Assembly: GCF_963921235.1 (NCBI RefSeq)
Contig: NC_086097.1
Coordinates: 9,920,001-9,984,000, forward strand
Reading direction: 5' to 3'
Length of the DNA: 64,000 nucleotides
Source of the DNA: Mobula hypostoma
Taxonomy: Eukaryota
A model generated the notes under the pieces. The model was not told the origin of the DNA and searched no databases. It saw only the letters and a list, made by a program, of their open reading frames with translations. The stretch's first letter is position 1, and each line of letters starts with the position of its first letter. Positions 1 through 12,405 of this stretch are shown one piece after another. Both the position numbers and the translations under genes were made by a program.

Positions 1-149
1 TGTTTCTAAGATTCAGTAAAACTTAAGGATTTGTAGACCACCCAAGGTATAATTCATCACAAGTTATATAATGTAGAAGTTTATTATTTCTACTGCCAAA
101 TTGAGTTTGGGAGAGGGGACAGGGACATTATAGATCACTTTATCAGGAA

Positions 150-670
150 ACCTCACCAATGCTTCTACCTTCTGAGGAGGCTGAAGACAGGTTCACACCA
201 ATACTCACGACCTTCTACAGATGCGCATTAGAGAGCATCCTAATGTACTGCATCAGTGCATGGAATGGAAAGTGCACTGCAGCAGACAGGAATGCTCTAC
301 AACGAGTAATGAAAACTACCCAATGCATTACTGGCACCAACCTACCCACCATCAGGGACATATATACAGAAAGGTGTCGGAAAAGTGCAGGTAATATCTT
401 GAAGGATCCTACCCACCCTGCTCATGGACTATTTGTCCCACTCTCATCAGGGAGGAGGCTACGTACCATCCATGCCAGGACCACCAGACTCATAAACAGT
501 TACTTTCCCCAAGCAATGAGGTTGGTCAACACCTCCACCCACTGATGCACCCCACAACAACACTCGCCATCACTAATTTATCACTTCCTGTCAGAGGCAC
601 CTTGTGTACAGACACTCCTGTACCTAGCCTCACTTTATGAACAAACAATTAATCCATGTACAGAAGCAAT
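150..670 (+). mobile_element. Rex1/Babar-type LINE 3' fragment (C-terminal ORF plus 3' UTR; UTR resumes at ~1462-1612 after an LTR-like insertion)
   Basis: ORF 159-545 has FYRCALESIL..CISAW..LQRV..HPAHGLFVPLSSGRRLR..TTRLINSYFPQAMRL, the typical Rex1/Babar C-terminus; (CTTGAAT)-like tail at ~1599-1612. Confidence 0.85.
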
Positions 671-1461
671 TGTAATGCCCTGGTTAAGATTTCGACTGCT
701 ATGCTGTGAGGTGTATCATTTTAGTAGACCTGCCTGTAGAATGTTTCCTGTTCGGCTAAAGGTAAAGGGCCATATTGTTTATCTTAGGAATGTTGATTGA
801 GACAATCAGGATGGTGGGATCGGGAGAAGATTTTAGAGAGAGTTGAATGGAGAGAAATTTGTTGTGGAAGTGATGCGGTTGTTGGTCTTTTGGCAGGAGA
901 TGCAGTAACGAGAAGATTGGGAGAGATGCCCATAAGATTCAATCTGATGGGAAGATGCAATTGCAAGGGGTGCTTCTCAAGACAAAGAAGTCATAGTTGA
1001 GAAGCTGTACCAGTGACTTGTGATGAGAATTCAATGCCATGAGTAATGGTTATGACCAGCTTTTGGAAGAGATGAGCTCCAATGGACCTGTGCACATTTA
1101 AACTGGTCAGTTTGTAATGAGCCCTTTATTTTTATTCATTTCTTTTCTTTCTGTTAATAACTGTTTGATAAATCTGAAATTGGTAAATATACCCTGTTTA
1201 TAATTTTATGCTGGAATATGATTTGTCATTTCTTGGTGATGGGTAATTGTGTATGGGCAGTACTTATACAGCATTTGCTCAAATCAAGGCTCCGTTAATC
1301 AGAACATCCTAACTCTCGTGTTTGGTTGAACCCCAAAGAATACTAACCCTAGTGCTAGATTGTTTATGACATGTGGCCTTCTCACCATTGAGTCCTATGG
1401 CTGTTATCAGAGTTAGCTTTTGAGCCAAGTTTGCATACAAGCCTGGAGAGAGGTTTATACA
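671..1461 (+). mobile_element. Solo-LTR-like element, family A copy 1
   Basis: Starts TGTAATGCCCTGGTTAAG and ends GGTTTATACA; interrupts a LINE 3' UTR; shares blocks with 3350-4118, 30768-31514 and 59199-60290. Confidence 0.65.
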
Positions 1462-1651
1462 ACCTTATGTTTATATTTATTGTGCTTATTTATTATTGTG
1501 TTCTTTATCTTGTTATGTTTTTGGTGCTGCATCTGATCCAAAGTAACAATTATTTTGTTCTCTTTCACACTTGTGCATTGGAAATGACGTTAAGCAACCT
1601 TGAATCTTGAATTGAATTTACTCACTGCATCTTGCGGTCACGATTCATTGA

Positions 1652-1852
1652 TATGGAGACGTTCTTGACCATAAAATGTCCCAAAGGGCTCTGAAATACT
1701 GGCAGTGAAGTACTTTTGAGATGTTGTGTCCCACAAAGGGGAAATGCGGAAGCCAACTTGCTTACAAATTCTCTCAAATAACAGTCAGATAATTTAATTT
1801 TACTGCTGTCGATAGAATGATAAATATATACCAGAACACCAGGGAGAAGTCC
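1652..1852 (-). mobile_element. Ancient Deu-domain SINE (SacSINE1/AmnSINE1-like) 3' remnant
   Basis: Reverse complement reads TTCTCCCTGGTGTTCTGG..TATTTATC..ATTATCTG..TTGGCTTCCGCATTTCC..CAAAAGTACTTCACTG..CCCTTTGGGACAT, resembling the DeuSINE body/tail as I recall it. Confidence 0.55.
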
Positions 1853-2751
1853 AGTGAGTGAAATTTCCTTTAATCCCTGTGCTGCGAAAATTGTTAACAG
1901 CTATGTGTTGTATTCTAATCTTAAATGATTGAGCAATAACATTTCTCAGCATCCACAAGTCTATGCTGTAGACTGAATGATTGGTGCGGTGAATAGTCCA
2001 GTGTGGAAACAGAGACGAGGGTCCACTTCAACCATTGTAAGAAAGATGGGTGCAGCATGAAGAACCCACTGGCCAGATCACACAATGAATATGAGAATTT
2101 CCTGTACATACCTTCATTGTAGCAATTCACATACCTTTTATGTTCTATTCTTTATCAAATCTGAAAAATCAGATGGTCCTCACTCCTAGAAAATTGAAAC
2201 TACACAGTATAATTATGTTCGAGATCCTTCTAATTTGACCCATTCATCTTACAACTTAGCAATAACCGAATTGTCTTGGACGTTTCTCTTGTGATTGCAA
2301 GACTCTGTTGGACATTGATAATGTAAGATGCCTCAAATCTGTTTCGCTTCTTTGGTAGTGCGATAGGTGGCGTGGGAGTTACGTAGCCTCTGTTCTAGTG
2401 GCGACCAAGCCTGAAGTTTGCCTGCTGCTGCAGTCCAGGTGAGGAAACACTGGAGGCGGTATAGTGTAGCATCTGTGTGTGGCTGGGGGCTGGCCTCTCC
2501 CATCGGTTGGTGGAATGATAGGCTAGAACGCTGTGAAATGTACCATCAATTTGCAGGATGTGTCACTCACGTTCTTGGACGATACAGTATATGTGGGTTT
2601 TTTTGGGTGACTGTATTCTTTTTGATGTGATTTTGGTTGAATGATAATTACATTTGATTTGAATTAAGATCAACTGGACAATAGATTTTTCTGTCTCACT
2701 GGAATCTCCTAACTTGAATGGAAGAAGGTTCTCTATAATCACTTCTGTAGA

Positions 2752-3162
2752 TGTTTTGTTTCCCGAGCATTTTGTGTGTGTTGTTTTGGATTTCGAGTAT
2801 CTGTAAGCTTTTCTTGTGTTTATGATTCACTGCTCCACTGCAAAGTCTCCTTGAGGGATGCCGACCCTGAGAAAGTCTCTTCAACAGGAGTTCAGTGAGA
2901 CCCTCCCCCCCTGCACACCCTCTGTAACCTCTGCTACTCTCCAACTCTTTGACCATGTGCCTTCTAGCTACCCTTCTTCCCCTCCCCTCATCTTTGTTCT
3001 GGTGTCTTCCCCTTTCTTTTCAGGTCCTGATAAAGGGTCTCAGCCCGAAGTGCGGACTGGTTACTCTTTTCCATAGATGTTGAGACCTGGTGAGTTCCTC
3101 CAGCAATTTGTGTGTGCTACTCTGGATTTCCAGCATCTGCAGGCAGAATTTCTTGTGTTTAA
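2752..3162 (+). mobile_element. Penelope-like element 3' derivative with degenerate hammerhead (3021-3059)
   Basis: GTCCTGATAAAGGGTCTCAGCCCGAAG followed by the family tail GAGTTCCTCCAGCA..TGTGTG..GGATTTCCAGCATCTGCAG. Confidence 0.7.
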
Positions 3163-3349
3163 CATTTACTAGCATTTTGCACTTTGGTACAATTTTCTTT
3201 TCCACAGAAACTTCCATTGATATTTCCTCCCAGATATTTGATGGCAAGCAGTCAGCTCCTGATGATTGTCCATCTTAGTTCTCAACTTCAGCAGCACTTT
3301 TGAAATGTAACTTCAGCTGTTAATTGACCATGATGTAAATTTAAACACA

Positions 3350-4118
3350 CTTAATGCCCTGGTTAAATCTTTACTGCTATGCTGTAGACATTTCATTTTA
3401 GCAGCTCTGTACTGCTTTCAGCTTGCTTGGGATTGAGCTGCGATAAGAAGCTTTGTAATTCGATTTAGAAAAGTGCTGCCAGCCAATCAGAATAGTGGAA
3501 TTGGGAGAAGGTTCTGGATAATGTTGGGTTGATGGTCTTTGTTCATGAGAGCTGGTAGAAGACGGGAGGGAAGATGGCTGAGGATGCCATCCCAGTTGCA
3601 CAAGGTGCTTTGTGCAGATGAATGGCTTGAGAAAGAAGAAGCGATACTCCTGTGAGAGTTCCGCTTGCTCGAGATGGATTTTGAGGGACGTTCGGAAGGT
3701 GATGTGTGCTTTCATGCAGACCAAGGGTCCAGTGCGTGAGTGACAGACAAGTTCCAGATGATCTCCAACTTAGTGCACATTTGTATGTTTAAGAATAATG
3801 GGCCCTTTTTGTTTTTTCTTTCTTTCAGTTAATAACTGTTTGCTTAAATTAACTTTCTTAAATATCCTTCTTTATAATTGTATGGAGTGTACGATCTGTT
3901 ATTTCTTGCTGGGGCAGTAAATCACACAGCATTCACACAAACTGCCTTTCGGTGGGCGAGACATCCGGATCTCACAGGTTTGGCAGGACCAAAGTCGTAT
4001 ACACCCTAGAGGTACAAAGCCTGAGAAAGGTGGGCTTTTCACCACGGAGTCCAGGGGCTGTTAACGAGGGGCTAATCAGCCCGTTTTCCAGAGACGTTCA
4101 GTAAAAGGGGGTCTCACA
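3350..4118 (+). mobile_element. Solo-LTR-like element, family A copy 2
   Basis: Begins TAATGCCCTGGTTAA..ACTGCTATGCTGT like copy 1; shares GTGCACATTT..GCCCTTT..TTAATAACTGTTTG and CACCA..GAGTCC..GGCTGTTA; ends GGGGTCTCACA. Confidence 0.65.
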
Positions 4119-4128
4119 CAGTATTTAG

Positions 4129-4266
4129 TAAACACAAGAGATTCTGCAGATGCTGGAAATCCAGAGCAACAGACACAAAATGCTGGAGTAAATTAGCAGG
4201 TCAGCCAGCATCTGTGGAAATGAATAAGCTGTCGACGATTCAGGCCAAAATCCTTCATCAAGACTC
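4129..4266 (-). mobile_element. Short PLE-derived element with degenerate hammerhead
   Basis: Same terminal sequence as the PLE 3' ends; reverse strand reads TTGATGAAGG..CCTGAATCGTCGAC. Confidence 0.7.
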
Positions 4267-4444
4267 GTTATTATTTAATAAGTACTTTCTAATTCTCTAC
4301 AATTGTTTAATAAGTAGTTTTACCATCCCATCCCTCTTATTATAAACTTTGTCTGTTCACCCACTTAATTGTTCACCCAAAGATTTGTTTGCTCATAATA
4401 TCTTTTGTCGATTTTCTCTTCTATGCTTTTTTTCCATCTTTAGA

Positions 4445-4648
4445 ATGTCAGCTGGTGGGTGTGCTGACATCAGCACTGGACTTCAAAGCCAGTGGGTTCG
4501 AATCCGGCCAGTTCGTTGTACACTTTCCATCCATGTTGGGTTGAGCATCGAGCTAGCAACTCAGCGTCATAAAAAACAGAAAAAAGATGATAAAGAAAGG
4601 GCAAGGTTGTCACCTGATGTGCCACAAGACATTAAGAGGAATAACAAA
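4445..4648 (+). mobile_element. tRNA-derived SINE with RTE-like body
   Basis: Pol III B box GGTTCGAATCC at ~4496-4506; body GAGCTAGCAACTC..AAAAA; ACAA-type tail. Confidence 0.55.
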
Positions 4649-5104
4649 TCTTTAGACAGTTCCCATTTTTTTGATTTTTTGGCATACCATTGTGCAAGTA
4701 TTAAATTACTTCTTATTTTTTCTAGTTTGAAATTTCATCCAATTCCCTTTCAAACAGAAAATTTAGGCCATGATGGAATTTATTTCTTTCCTCTTACAGG
4801 AAAATAATGGATGTGTTCAATCTTCAGCATCTCCCATTGTTGTTCTACATCAATTCCTTTCTGTCTTTCTAATCTGAGAAGGGTTCTATAGATTCTATAA
4901 AATCTACGCTTTTTTAAACATTTACAAAGACAATTCGCCTGTTGTTAGATCAATATTGCATTCTACAATAGCATGTGCTCTCAATTTGTCTTTGTTTGCC
5001 TGTCAGTAGGGCTATTTCTTATAATTCCATTTCACAATATAGATGTCCTTGGCTGGTGCTCAGTGAAGAATATAGTGATAATGTAATAAAGTCTACTGCT
5101 GACA

Positions 5105-5490
5105 CGGGGTGGAGATATCAGGTGCTCCTTCTCTCTGCTAGCCTGCAGGTCACCCTTGGGCAAGGTGTACTATCTGATTAGCTGCCCCCACCCACCTGAC
5201 CCACACCACTGATCAGGGTCACAGGATGCCATGCGAGCAGGTGCTGGCTGGTCGTATGAGCAGCTGGTGCACATCACGAGTCCCAGTCATGTGACCACTG
5301 ATGCCAGACAGATAATCTCTGAGGAGAATTGATAATGGCTGACATCACCCATCTTGTAAAGACACTGCCCAGAAGAAGGCAATAGCAAACCACTTCTGTA
5401 GAAAAATTTGCCAAGAACAATCATGGTCATGGATAGTGGAGGAAGACCATGATCGCCCACATCATACACATGGCACAAATGATGATGATG
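5105..5490 (+). mobile_element. SINE with RTE/BovB-type 3' end
   Basis: AGAAGGCAATAGCAAACCACTTC RTE-type tail motif and (GAT)n end; further copies at 28076, 35267, 40630, 49312. Confidence 0.7.
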
Positions 5491-5611
5491 ACTGTTATCT
5501 GTTGTAGTGTGTCCTCTCTAAATTAAAGATCAGTGATAGAAGAATGTATAGAAAGTTTTGCAACACATAACAAACAGATGTTGAAGTAAAGCAACAATAA
5601 CCTTTATATCT

Positions 5612-6103
5612 TTAGTGGCCACTTCATTAAGTAACTCCTGTAGCTTATAAAGTGACCAATGAGTGCATGTCCCAGGTCTTTTGCTACTATAGCCCATCCA
5701 CTTCAAGATGCACTTCTGCACACCATTATTGTAGTGCATGGTAATTTGAGTTAATGTCACCTTCTTATCAATTTGTACCAGTCCGACCATTTTCCTCCAA
5801 CCTCTCTCATTAACAAGCTGTTTTCACCTACAGAACTGCCATCCACTGGATATTTCTCTTTTGCTATTCTCTGTAAATTCTAGAGATAGTTGCACATAAA
5901 AATCCCAGGAGATCAGCAGTTTCTGAGATACTCAAACCACCCCGTCTGACACCTACAATCATCCAGCTCAAAGTCACTGGGATCACGTTTCTTCTCCATT
6001 CTGATATTTGATCTGAACAATAACTGAACCTCTTGACCATGTCTGCAGGTTACTATGCATTGAGTTGCTGCCACATGATTCGCTAATTAGATATTTGTAT
6101 TAA
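5612..6103 (-). mobile_element. Non-autonomous Tc1/mariner element (second TIR at ~7571-7592, displaced by nested LINEs)
   Basis: TIR-like AGTGGCCACTTCATTAAGTA; minus strand carries decayed Tc1 transposase N-terminus (GLSISETADLLGF). Confidence 0.75.
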
Positions 6104-7147
6104 CCATATTACTATATAACCATATAACAATTACAGCACAGAAACAGGCCATCTCAGTCCTTCTAGTCCATGCCAAACTCTTACTCTCACATAGTCCCAC
6201 CGACCTGCACTTAGCCCATAACCCTCCATTCCTTTCCTGTCCATATAACTGTCCAATTTAACTTTAAACAACAACATCGAGCCTGCCTCAACCACTTCTG
6301 CTGGAAGCTCGTTCCACACAGCTACCACTCTCTGAGTAAAGAAGTTCCTCTTCATGTTACCCCTAAACTTTTGCCCTTTAACTCTCAACTCATGTCCTCT
6401 TGTTTTGAATCTCCCCCACTCTCAATGGAAAAAAGCCTATCCACATCAACTCTATCTATCCCCCTCATAATTTTAAATCCCTCTATCAAGCCCCCCCAAC
6501 CTTCTACGCTCCAAAGCATAAAAACCCAACTTGTTCAACTTTTCTCTGTAACTTAGGAGATAAAACCCAGGCAAAATTCTAGTAAATCTCTTCTGTACTC
6601 TCTCAATTTTATTGACATCTTTCCTATAATTCGGTGACCAGAACTGTACACAATACTCCAAATTTGTCCTCACCAATGCCTTATACAATTTCAACATTAC
6701 ATCCCAACTCCTATACTCAATGCTCTTATTTATAAAGGCCAGCATACTAAAAGCTTTCTTCATCACCCTATCCACATGAGATTTCACCTTCAGGGAATTA
6801 TGCACCATTATTCCTAGATCCCTCTGTTCTACTGCATTCTTCAATGCCCTACCATTTACCATGTATGTCCTATATTGATTAGTCCTACCAAAGTGTAGTA
6901 CCTCACATTTATCAGCGTTAAACTCCATCTGCCATCTTTCAGCCCAGTCTTCTAAGTCGTCTAAATCTCTCTGCAAGCTTTGAAAACCTACTTCATTATC
7001 CACAACTCCACCTATCTTCGTATCATCTGCATACTTACTAATCCAATTTACCACCCCATCATCCAGGTCATTAATATATATGACAAACAACATCGGACCC
7101 AGTACAGATCCTTGAGGCACACCACTAGACACCGTCCTCCAATCTGA
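6101..7147 (-). mobile_element. CR1 LINE 3' fragment (RT C-terminal part and tail)
   Basis: ORFs 6473-7315 and 6131-6388: SGVPQGSVLGP, YADD, LEYCVQFWSP, FFTQRVV; (TAACCATA)n tail on + strand. Confidence 0.95.
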
Positions 7148-7169
7148 CACACAGTTATATTTGACACAC

Positions 7170-7570
7170 AGCACAATTAATGAGCAAGTGTTCCTGAAAA
7201 AACAAAAGAATCGACACCTTTGAACATGGATGGTGGAGGAAAGTGGTAAGAGTTTGTTGGACAGCAAGAAGATTCGACAAGTCAATACTTGAAGAAATTC
7301 AGCCAGACTGCTCACTATGAGACAAAACTAGAAATATTTTGCCCACATCATGAGAAGACAGGATTCCTTGGAGAAGACTCTCATGGTAGGTAAAACAGAA
7401 AGTAAAAGAAGGAGAGGACGACAGAGGCTACGATGGATAGATAATATTACTCAGACAATGCGTATGACCTTAGGGGATCTTAGAGAGACAGTTTCCAAGA
7501 AGGTTTGGTGTGCAGGAAGTCCATGAGGTCACAAAGAGTCAGACTTAACTTAACGACCAAACAACAACAA
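7170..7570 (+). mobile_element. RTE-clade (BovB-like) LINE 3' fragment
   Basis: Encodes KYFAHIMRRQDSLEKTLMVGKTESKRRRGRQRLRWIDNI; 3' UTR GTCCATGAGGTCACAAAGAGTCAGAC; (CAA)n tail. Confidence 0.85.
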
Positions 7571-8281
7571 ACCTAATAAAGTAGTCAGTGAGCTTTAAAT
7601 GTGGATTAAAAATTAAGAATCACTGTAGAAATTAAATTGGACAGAGAACTTTATAAAACATGAAGAGAGAATATGAAAGGAACATTGCTGGTTCAAACAA
7701 AGAGAAGTAGAGGGTTAATGAGAAGTGCATATCAAAGCTAGAAGGAAGCCTACAGTATCTTTAACTGACTGGAGAACTGAAAGATTTTCTTGATTTCTTT
7801 CACTGTTAGTATTAATAAACTTCCTGGTTTCAAAGCTTATTGGTTGAAATGTTTTGGCTATTATTAAAGTTGTTTGAAACCATAATTGAGATTTTCAGTT
7901 CTAATTGTACATCGCTTTTGTTTTAAAATTCTTTAGTTGTCAACAGACGTTTCAATGGGATTTTCCTTTATCTTTTTATGTGGATTCAGAGAGGATAACA
8001 CATTCCCTTTCTTTCAAGACTGCATAGAACTTTGCTTTTTAAATCCCATGACGCATTGTTATGTTCAAACTTCAATGCCAAGGACAATAAGTGGTTGAGT
8101 CATCCCCAGAAGCTCGTTGCTGTCAATGCTGCACAGTGCTGTGAGTAAGTATATCACACAGGATGAGACCATTTCCCCACTTGCTCCTAAGGATACGTAT
8201 ATAAGGATCCTAATCCATCTTCCAGTACTTGCTTGTTAGCTCTGTTAGGTTACTGGTCTTCAGGTATAACATCAAGTATCA

Positions 8282-8668
8282 TACACAAAATGCTGGAGAC
8301 ACAGCAGATCACAAAGCATCTGTGGAAGTGATTAAACAGTCAACATTTCAGGCTGAGAACCTTCATCAGGACTGAGGATAAAAAGGTGGGGGGAGAGGAG
8401 AAGGAGGATGGCTAGAAGGTGATAGGTGAAGCCAGGTGTATGGGAAAGGTAAAGGGATGGAGAGGAAGGAATTTGTTAGGAGAGTAGAGTGGGCTATAGG
8501 AGAAAGGGAAGGAGAAGGGGACCTGGGGAGGAGGTGATAATCAGGTGACAAGAGGTAAGAGGCCAGAGTGCAGAACAGAAGAAGAGGGAAGTAGGAGGGA
8601 TTTTTTTTACTGGCAGTAGAAACTGATATTCATGCTTCAGGTTGGAGGCTACCCAGATGGATTACAGT
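8282..8668 (-). mobile_element. Penelope-like element 3' fragment
   Basis: Reverse strand has CTGGGTAGCCTCCAACCTGA (GSLQP end of GIY-YIG ORF), a pyrimidine tract, then a hammerhead. Confidence 0.8.
8337..8374 (-). ncRNA. Minimal type I hammerhead ribozyme motif, core intact with GUU triplet
   Basis: Reverse strand: CAGTC-CTGATGA-AGGTTCTCAGCCT-GAAA-TG-TT-GACTG; stem I CAGTC/GACTG. Confidence 0.65.
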
Positions 8669-9837
8669 ATGCCATATATACTGATCCTAATCCTTCTTCC
8701 AATTCTTGGTCCTTAGTTCTGTTAAGTCAATGATCTTCAGGTACCGAATACAATCAAGTATTATTGCCACGTGTTCAGAGTTTCTGTCTGTTATACCCTT
8801 TCTGACAGTGAGTCCCAAACCCCGACCACTCCTAGGATATCAAAGCTTTTCCTCATTTCCCCCTTAACCCTTCTTTTGATAAAAAATACACCATCCTGAT
8901 GTGAGAACATGGTAACCTTGCATCATCATTATGGGAGGAAAGTCCTACAGCTTCCAACCTAACAGACACGTGTTATATCATCTTCACAGAGACTGTAACA
9001 ATATACAAAGGCAGCTAACCACTTCCTTCTCAAGGGACATTAGGGTGAGTGATAACTGACAACTTGCACGTCCATTGAAGAGGATAATTGACAACAATGA
9101 AAATTTTGGTCTAAATTAACTACTCCTGGGACAGTATTCCTATATGCTCCTTTGCTGGAAGCGATTCTATTTAAATACAGATTCCTGGTAGCTCAAGCTT
9201 GTCTGTATTGATTACCTGAAAGTTTATTACTCATATACTGAAAATATGAGAAATTACTAATGATAAAATAAGCTCATTTCACTATTTTCTCACAGAAATA
9301 GATGGCCAAGCCAGACTTCTGCTAGACTTGTCACTCTGTCTTTGATTCAAAATTCAAGATTCAAGTATGTATAAATTAGACAACCTTGAGATTTGCTTGG
9401 TCACGGGTAGGCGCAAAGCAAGAAACCCAGAAGAACCCAATTAAAGAAAAAAAATAAAAACAGAAGACCAGCACACGGTGCGCAAGAGAAAGAAAAAAAA
9501 TCACAAATCATGCAAACAATTGAAGTGAACGACAACATTCTGAACCAAAATTGAGTCCTCAGATCCAAACCCTGGAACAACCCAGAGTAGGCCCAAAGCC
9601 TCACTTACCAGTTCATCATATTAGCAGGCACGGAGCACAGTAGCCAGGTCAGTCTTCAGAGCCTCAACACCATGGGAAGAGGAGTAACGATCATGGTGAG
9701 CAAACAAAATTGGCTCTCACCTCGGATCCCATCACCCTGTCTTTTCAGTCTGCCTGGACTGGTGTTTAAATTGACCAAAGAACGGAAAGTGAAAAGTAGG
9801 ATTTGCCCACAGACTGTTCCTGAGTCGAGTCAGAATT

Positions 9838-10413
9838 ATAGAGAAGTACAGCACAGAAACAGCCCTTTCGGCCCATCTCGTTTGTGCCAAACCATTTAAA
9901 TTGCCAACTCCCATCAACCTACACCCGGGACCATTGCCCTCCATGTTCCACCACCCATGCACCTATCCAAACTTCTCTTAAACATTGAAATCGAGCTCGC
10001 ATGCACCACTTATCCCGCAGTTCGTTCCACATTCTCACGACCCTTTGAGTGAAGAAGTTTCCTCTCATGTTCCTTTTAAACCTTTCACCCTTAACCAATG
10101 ACTTCTAGTTGTAGTCCCACCCAACCTCAGTGGAAAAAGCCTGCTTGCATTTACCATATTTACACCCCTCATAATTTTGTATACCTCCTTCAAATCTCCT
10201 CTCAATCTTTTACATTCCAAGGAATAAAGTCCAAACCTATTCAATCTTTCCTTATAACTCAGATCCTCCAGATCTGGCAACATCCTTGTAAATTTTCTCT
10301 GTACTCTCAACCTTACAGTATTTACATTTCTCTGTAGGTAGGTGACCAAAGCTTCACACAATATTTTAAAGTAGTCCTCACAAATGTCTTAGCTAACTTC
10401 AAAATAGCATCCC
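9838..10413 (-). mobile_element. CR1 LINE 3' fragment
   Basis: ORF 10065-10361 VQRKFTRMLP..SYKERL..GLYSLE..RGDL. Confidence 0.9.
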
Positions 10414-11013
10414 AAGCAGTGGAAGCAGTCCTTCTATTGGTCACCCACTAAAGTCTTTTAATGTCACGTCCTCTAACCCATATGCAGACAGTGATTCAAG
10501 ATTCATAATTCAAGATGATTCAAGATTGTTTAATGCCATTTCCAGTACACCACTGAAAAGGAGAATGGAAAATTGTTACTCTGGATCTGAGGCAGCACAA
10601 AAAGATAGGAGCTTATATACATAGATAGATTGTATATCCATAAAGTGTTGCTAGACACAGGAGCTTCTGTACATAAAGTGACTCTGACAGCAAGTGATAA
10701 GGTAGTGTTGGTGAGGAGTTGATCAACCTTACTAAATTTCAGCTTTCCCAATGATTACTTGGTTTTAAAATATTTTGATCTCTGGCTCCCTTGTAAAATC
10801 AAAACAACTTGTTAAGACTATTTGACAAAACTGCAATAAAAATATATTTTTTGCATTACCATACAGTTTAGAAGACTGTTCAAACTAGCAGCTTTTTTTC
10901 CAAATCATTCCTGTTCCCATCTATTGCTTTGCAATTTGTTCTCCTATGCATGCTGACTCCCCTCCAGCCTCCTTTACAGGGATTACTTTACAATAGCCAA
11001 TTAATCTATCACC

Positions 11014-11335
11014 CAGAGCAACACACACAAAATACTGGAGGAACTCAGCAGGTCAGGCAGCATCCATTCAGAATAATAAATAGTCCTGAGTCCCTTCACC
11101 AGGACTGGTAGGGAAGGGGAAGAAGTCAGAAGAAAAAATGTTGGGCAGAGGGGAATGAGTACAAATTGGCAGGTAAAAGTAAAACCACATGAGAGGGAAG
11201 GCAGGTGTCCTGATTAAGGTCTCGGACAGAAACTTCAAATGTTTATTCCACTCCATAGCCTGAGCTGCTGAGTTTCTCCAGCACTTTGTGTGTGCTTCTC
11301 GGGATTTCCAGCATTTGGAATGTCTCTTGTGTTCA
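11014..11335. mobile_element. PLE-derived element with inverted terminal arms
   Basis: Left arm ACACACAAAATACTGGAGGAACTCAGCAG is inverted as GCTGAGTTTCTCCAGCACTTTGTGTGT; decayed hammerhead remnants inside. Confidence 0.65.
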
Positions 11336-11689
11336 TGAAGCTGTCTCCCAGCGTGTGTTCAGGATGTGAGAGGAAACCTGAGTATTTGGGCAAGCTATTT
11401 GATCAGAATGAGAACAGGCAACCTCCTCATGAAAATACACCAGAGCTCAGCATCAAATCCAAGTTGCTGGTGCTGACTGCAGGCTACACAATCCTCAGCC
11501 CTGCTGTTCAACTACAGAGAAGGCTGATACAATCACATACATCAAGAATGCTGAAAGCGTACTGTGAGTTAAGGACTGTGTTCAGAGATATGGGTTACGA
11601 GTTAGGAGTTACGAAATTATGTGGATATGGTAGTCACTATTTCAAAATAAGAACCTATCTTCAGGATACCTGTTCCAATGCAAATTGCA

Positions 11690-11980
11690 AGCACAGTAGT
11701 GTAGTGGTTAGCACAACACTTAACAACATAGGTGACCCAGGTTCAATTCCCACTGCTGCCTGTAAGGAGTTTCTATGTTCTCTTTGTGTATGATCGTGTG
11801 GGTTTCCTCCGGGTCCTCCAGTTTCCTCCCACAGTCCAATGGCGTACTGGTTAGTAAGTTAATTGATCATTGTAAGTTGTCCTGCGATTTAGTTAGGATT
11901 AAATCGGGGGATTGCTGGGTGGTGTAGCTTGAAGGGCCAGAAGGGCCAGTTCTGCACTGTATATCAATGAGTAAACAAAT
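11690..11980 (+). mobile_element. V-SINE (HE1-like) tRNA-derived SINE
   Basis: A box-like TAGTGTAGTGG, B box GGTTCAATTCC, V domain GTGGGTTTCCTCCGGG..GTTTCCTCCCACAGTCCAA. Confidence 0.8.
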
Positions 11981-12405
11981 AGATCCACAAACCAGTTTGA
12001 AATTCAAAGAACAAGTTCAAAGTTCAAAATAAATTTATTATCAAAGTACATATATGTCACCATCTACTGCCTTGAGGTTCATTATTTTGCGGGCATTTAC
12101 AGAAAATGAGAAAATACAATAGCATTTTTAATGAAAAAAGCACAGTATGTAATAAAGACCGACAAACAACCAATGTGCAAAAGAAGGCAGATCATGCAAA
12201 TAAAAAAGTAAATTAATAATAAATAATATTGAGAAAACAGTACTGAGACAGGAGGATGATCTACAGAGACATCATTTACCTCTCCATCCCTTTACTTTTC
12301 CCATCATTTATCACATCAAATATGATCATAGGCACATTTGATCTGTTTATCAATAAATGAGATATATGTGTATATAGAGAGTTGGCCCTCAGAATAATAT
12401 TGGGG

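Noticed and set aside
4450..4510. Possible tRNA gene
   Set aside because: B box is present but I could not form a cloverleaf, and it continues into a SINE body
11290..11793. 167-aa ORF (also 4349-4807)
   Set aside because: Runs across unrelated SINE and PLE fragments with no recognisable domain; likely a chance ORF
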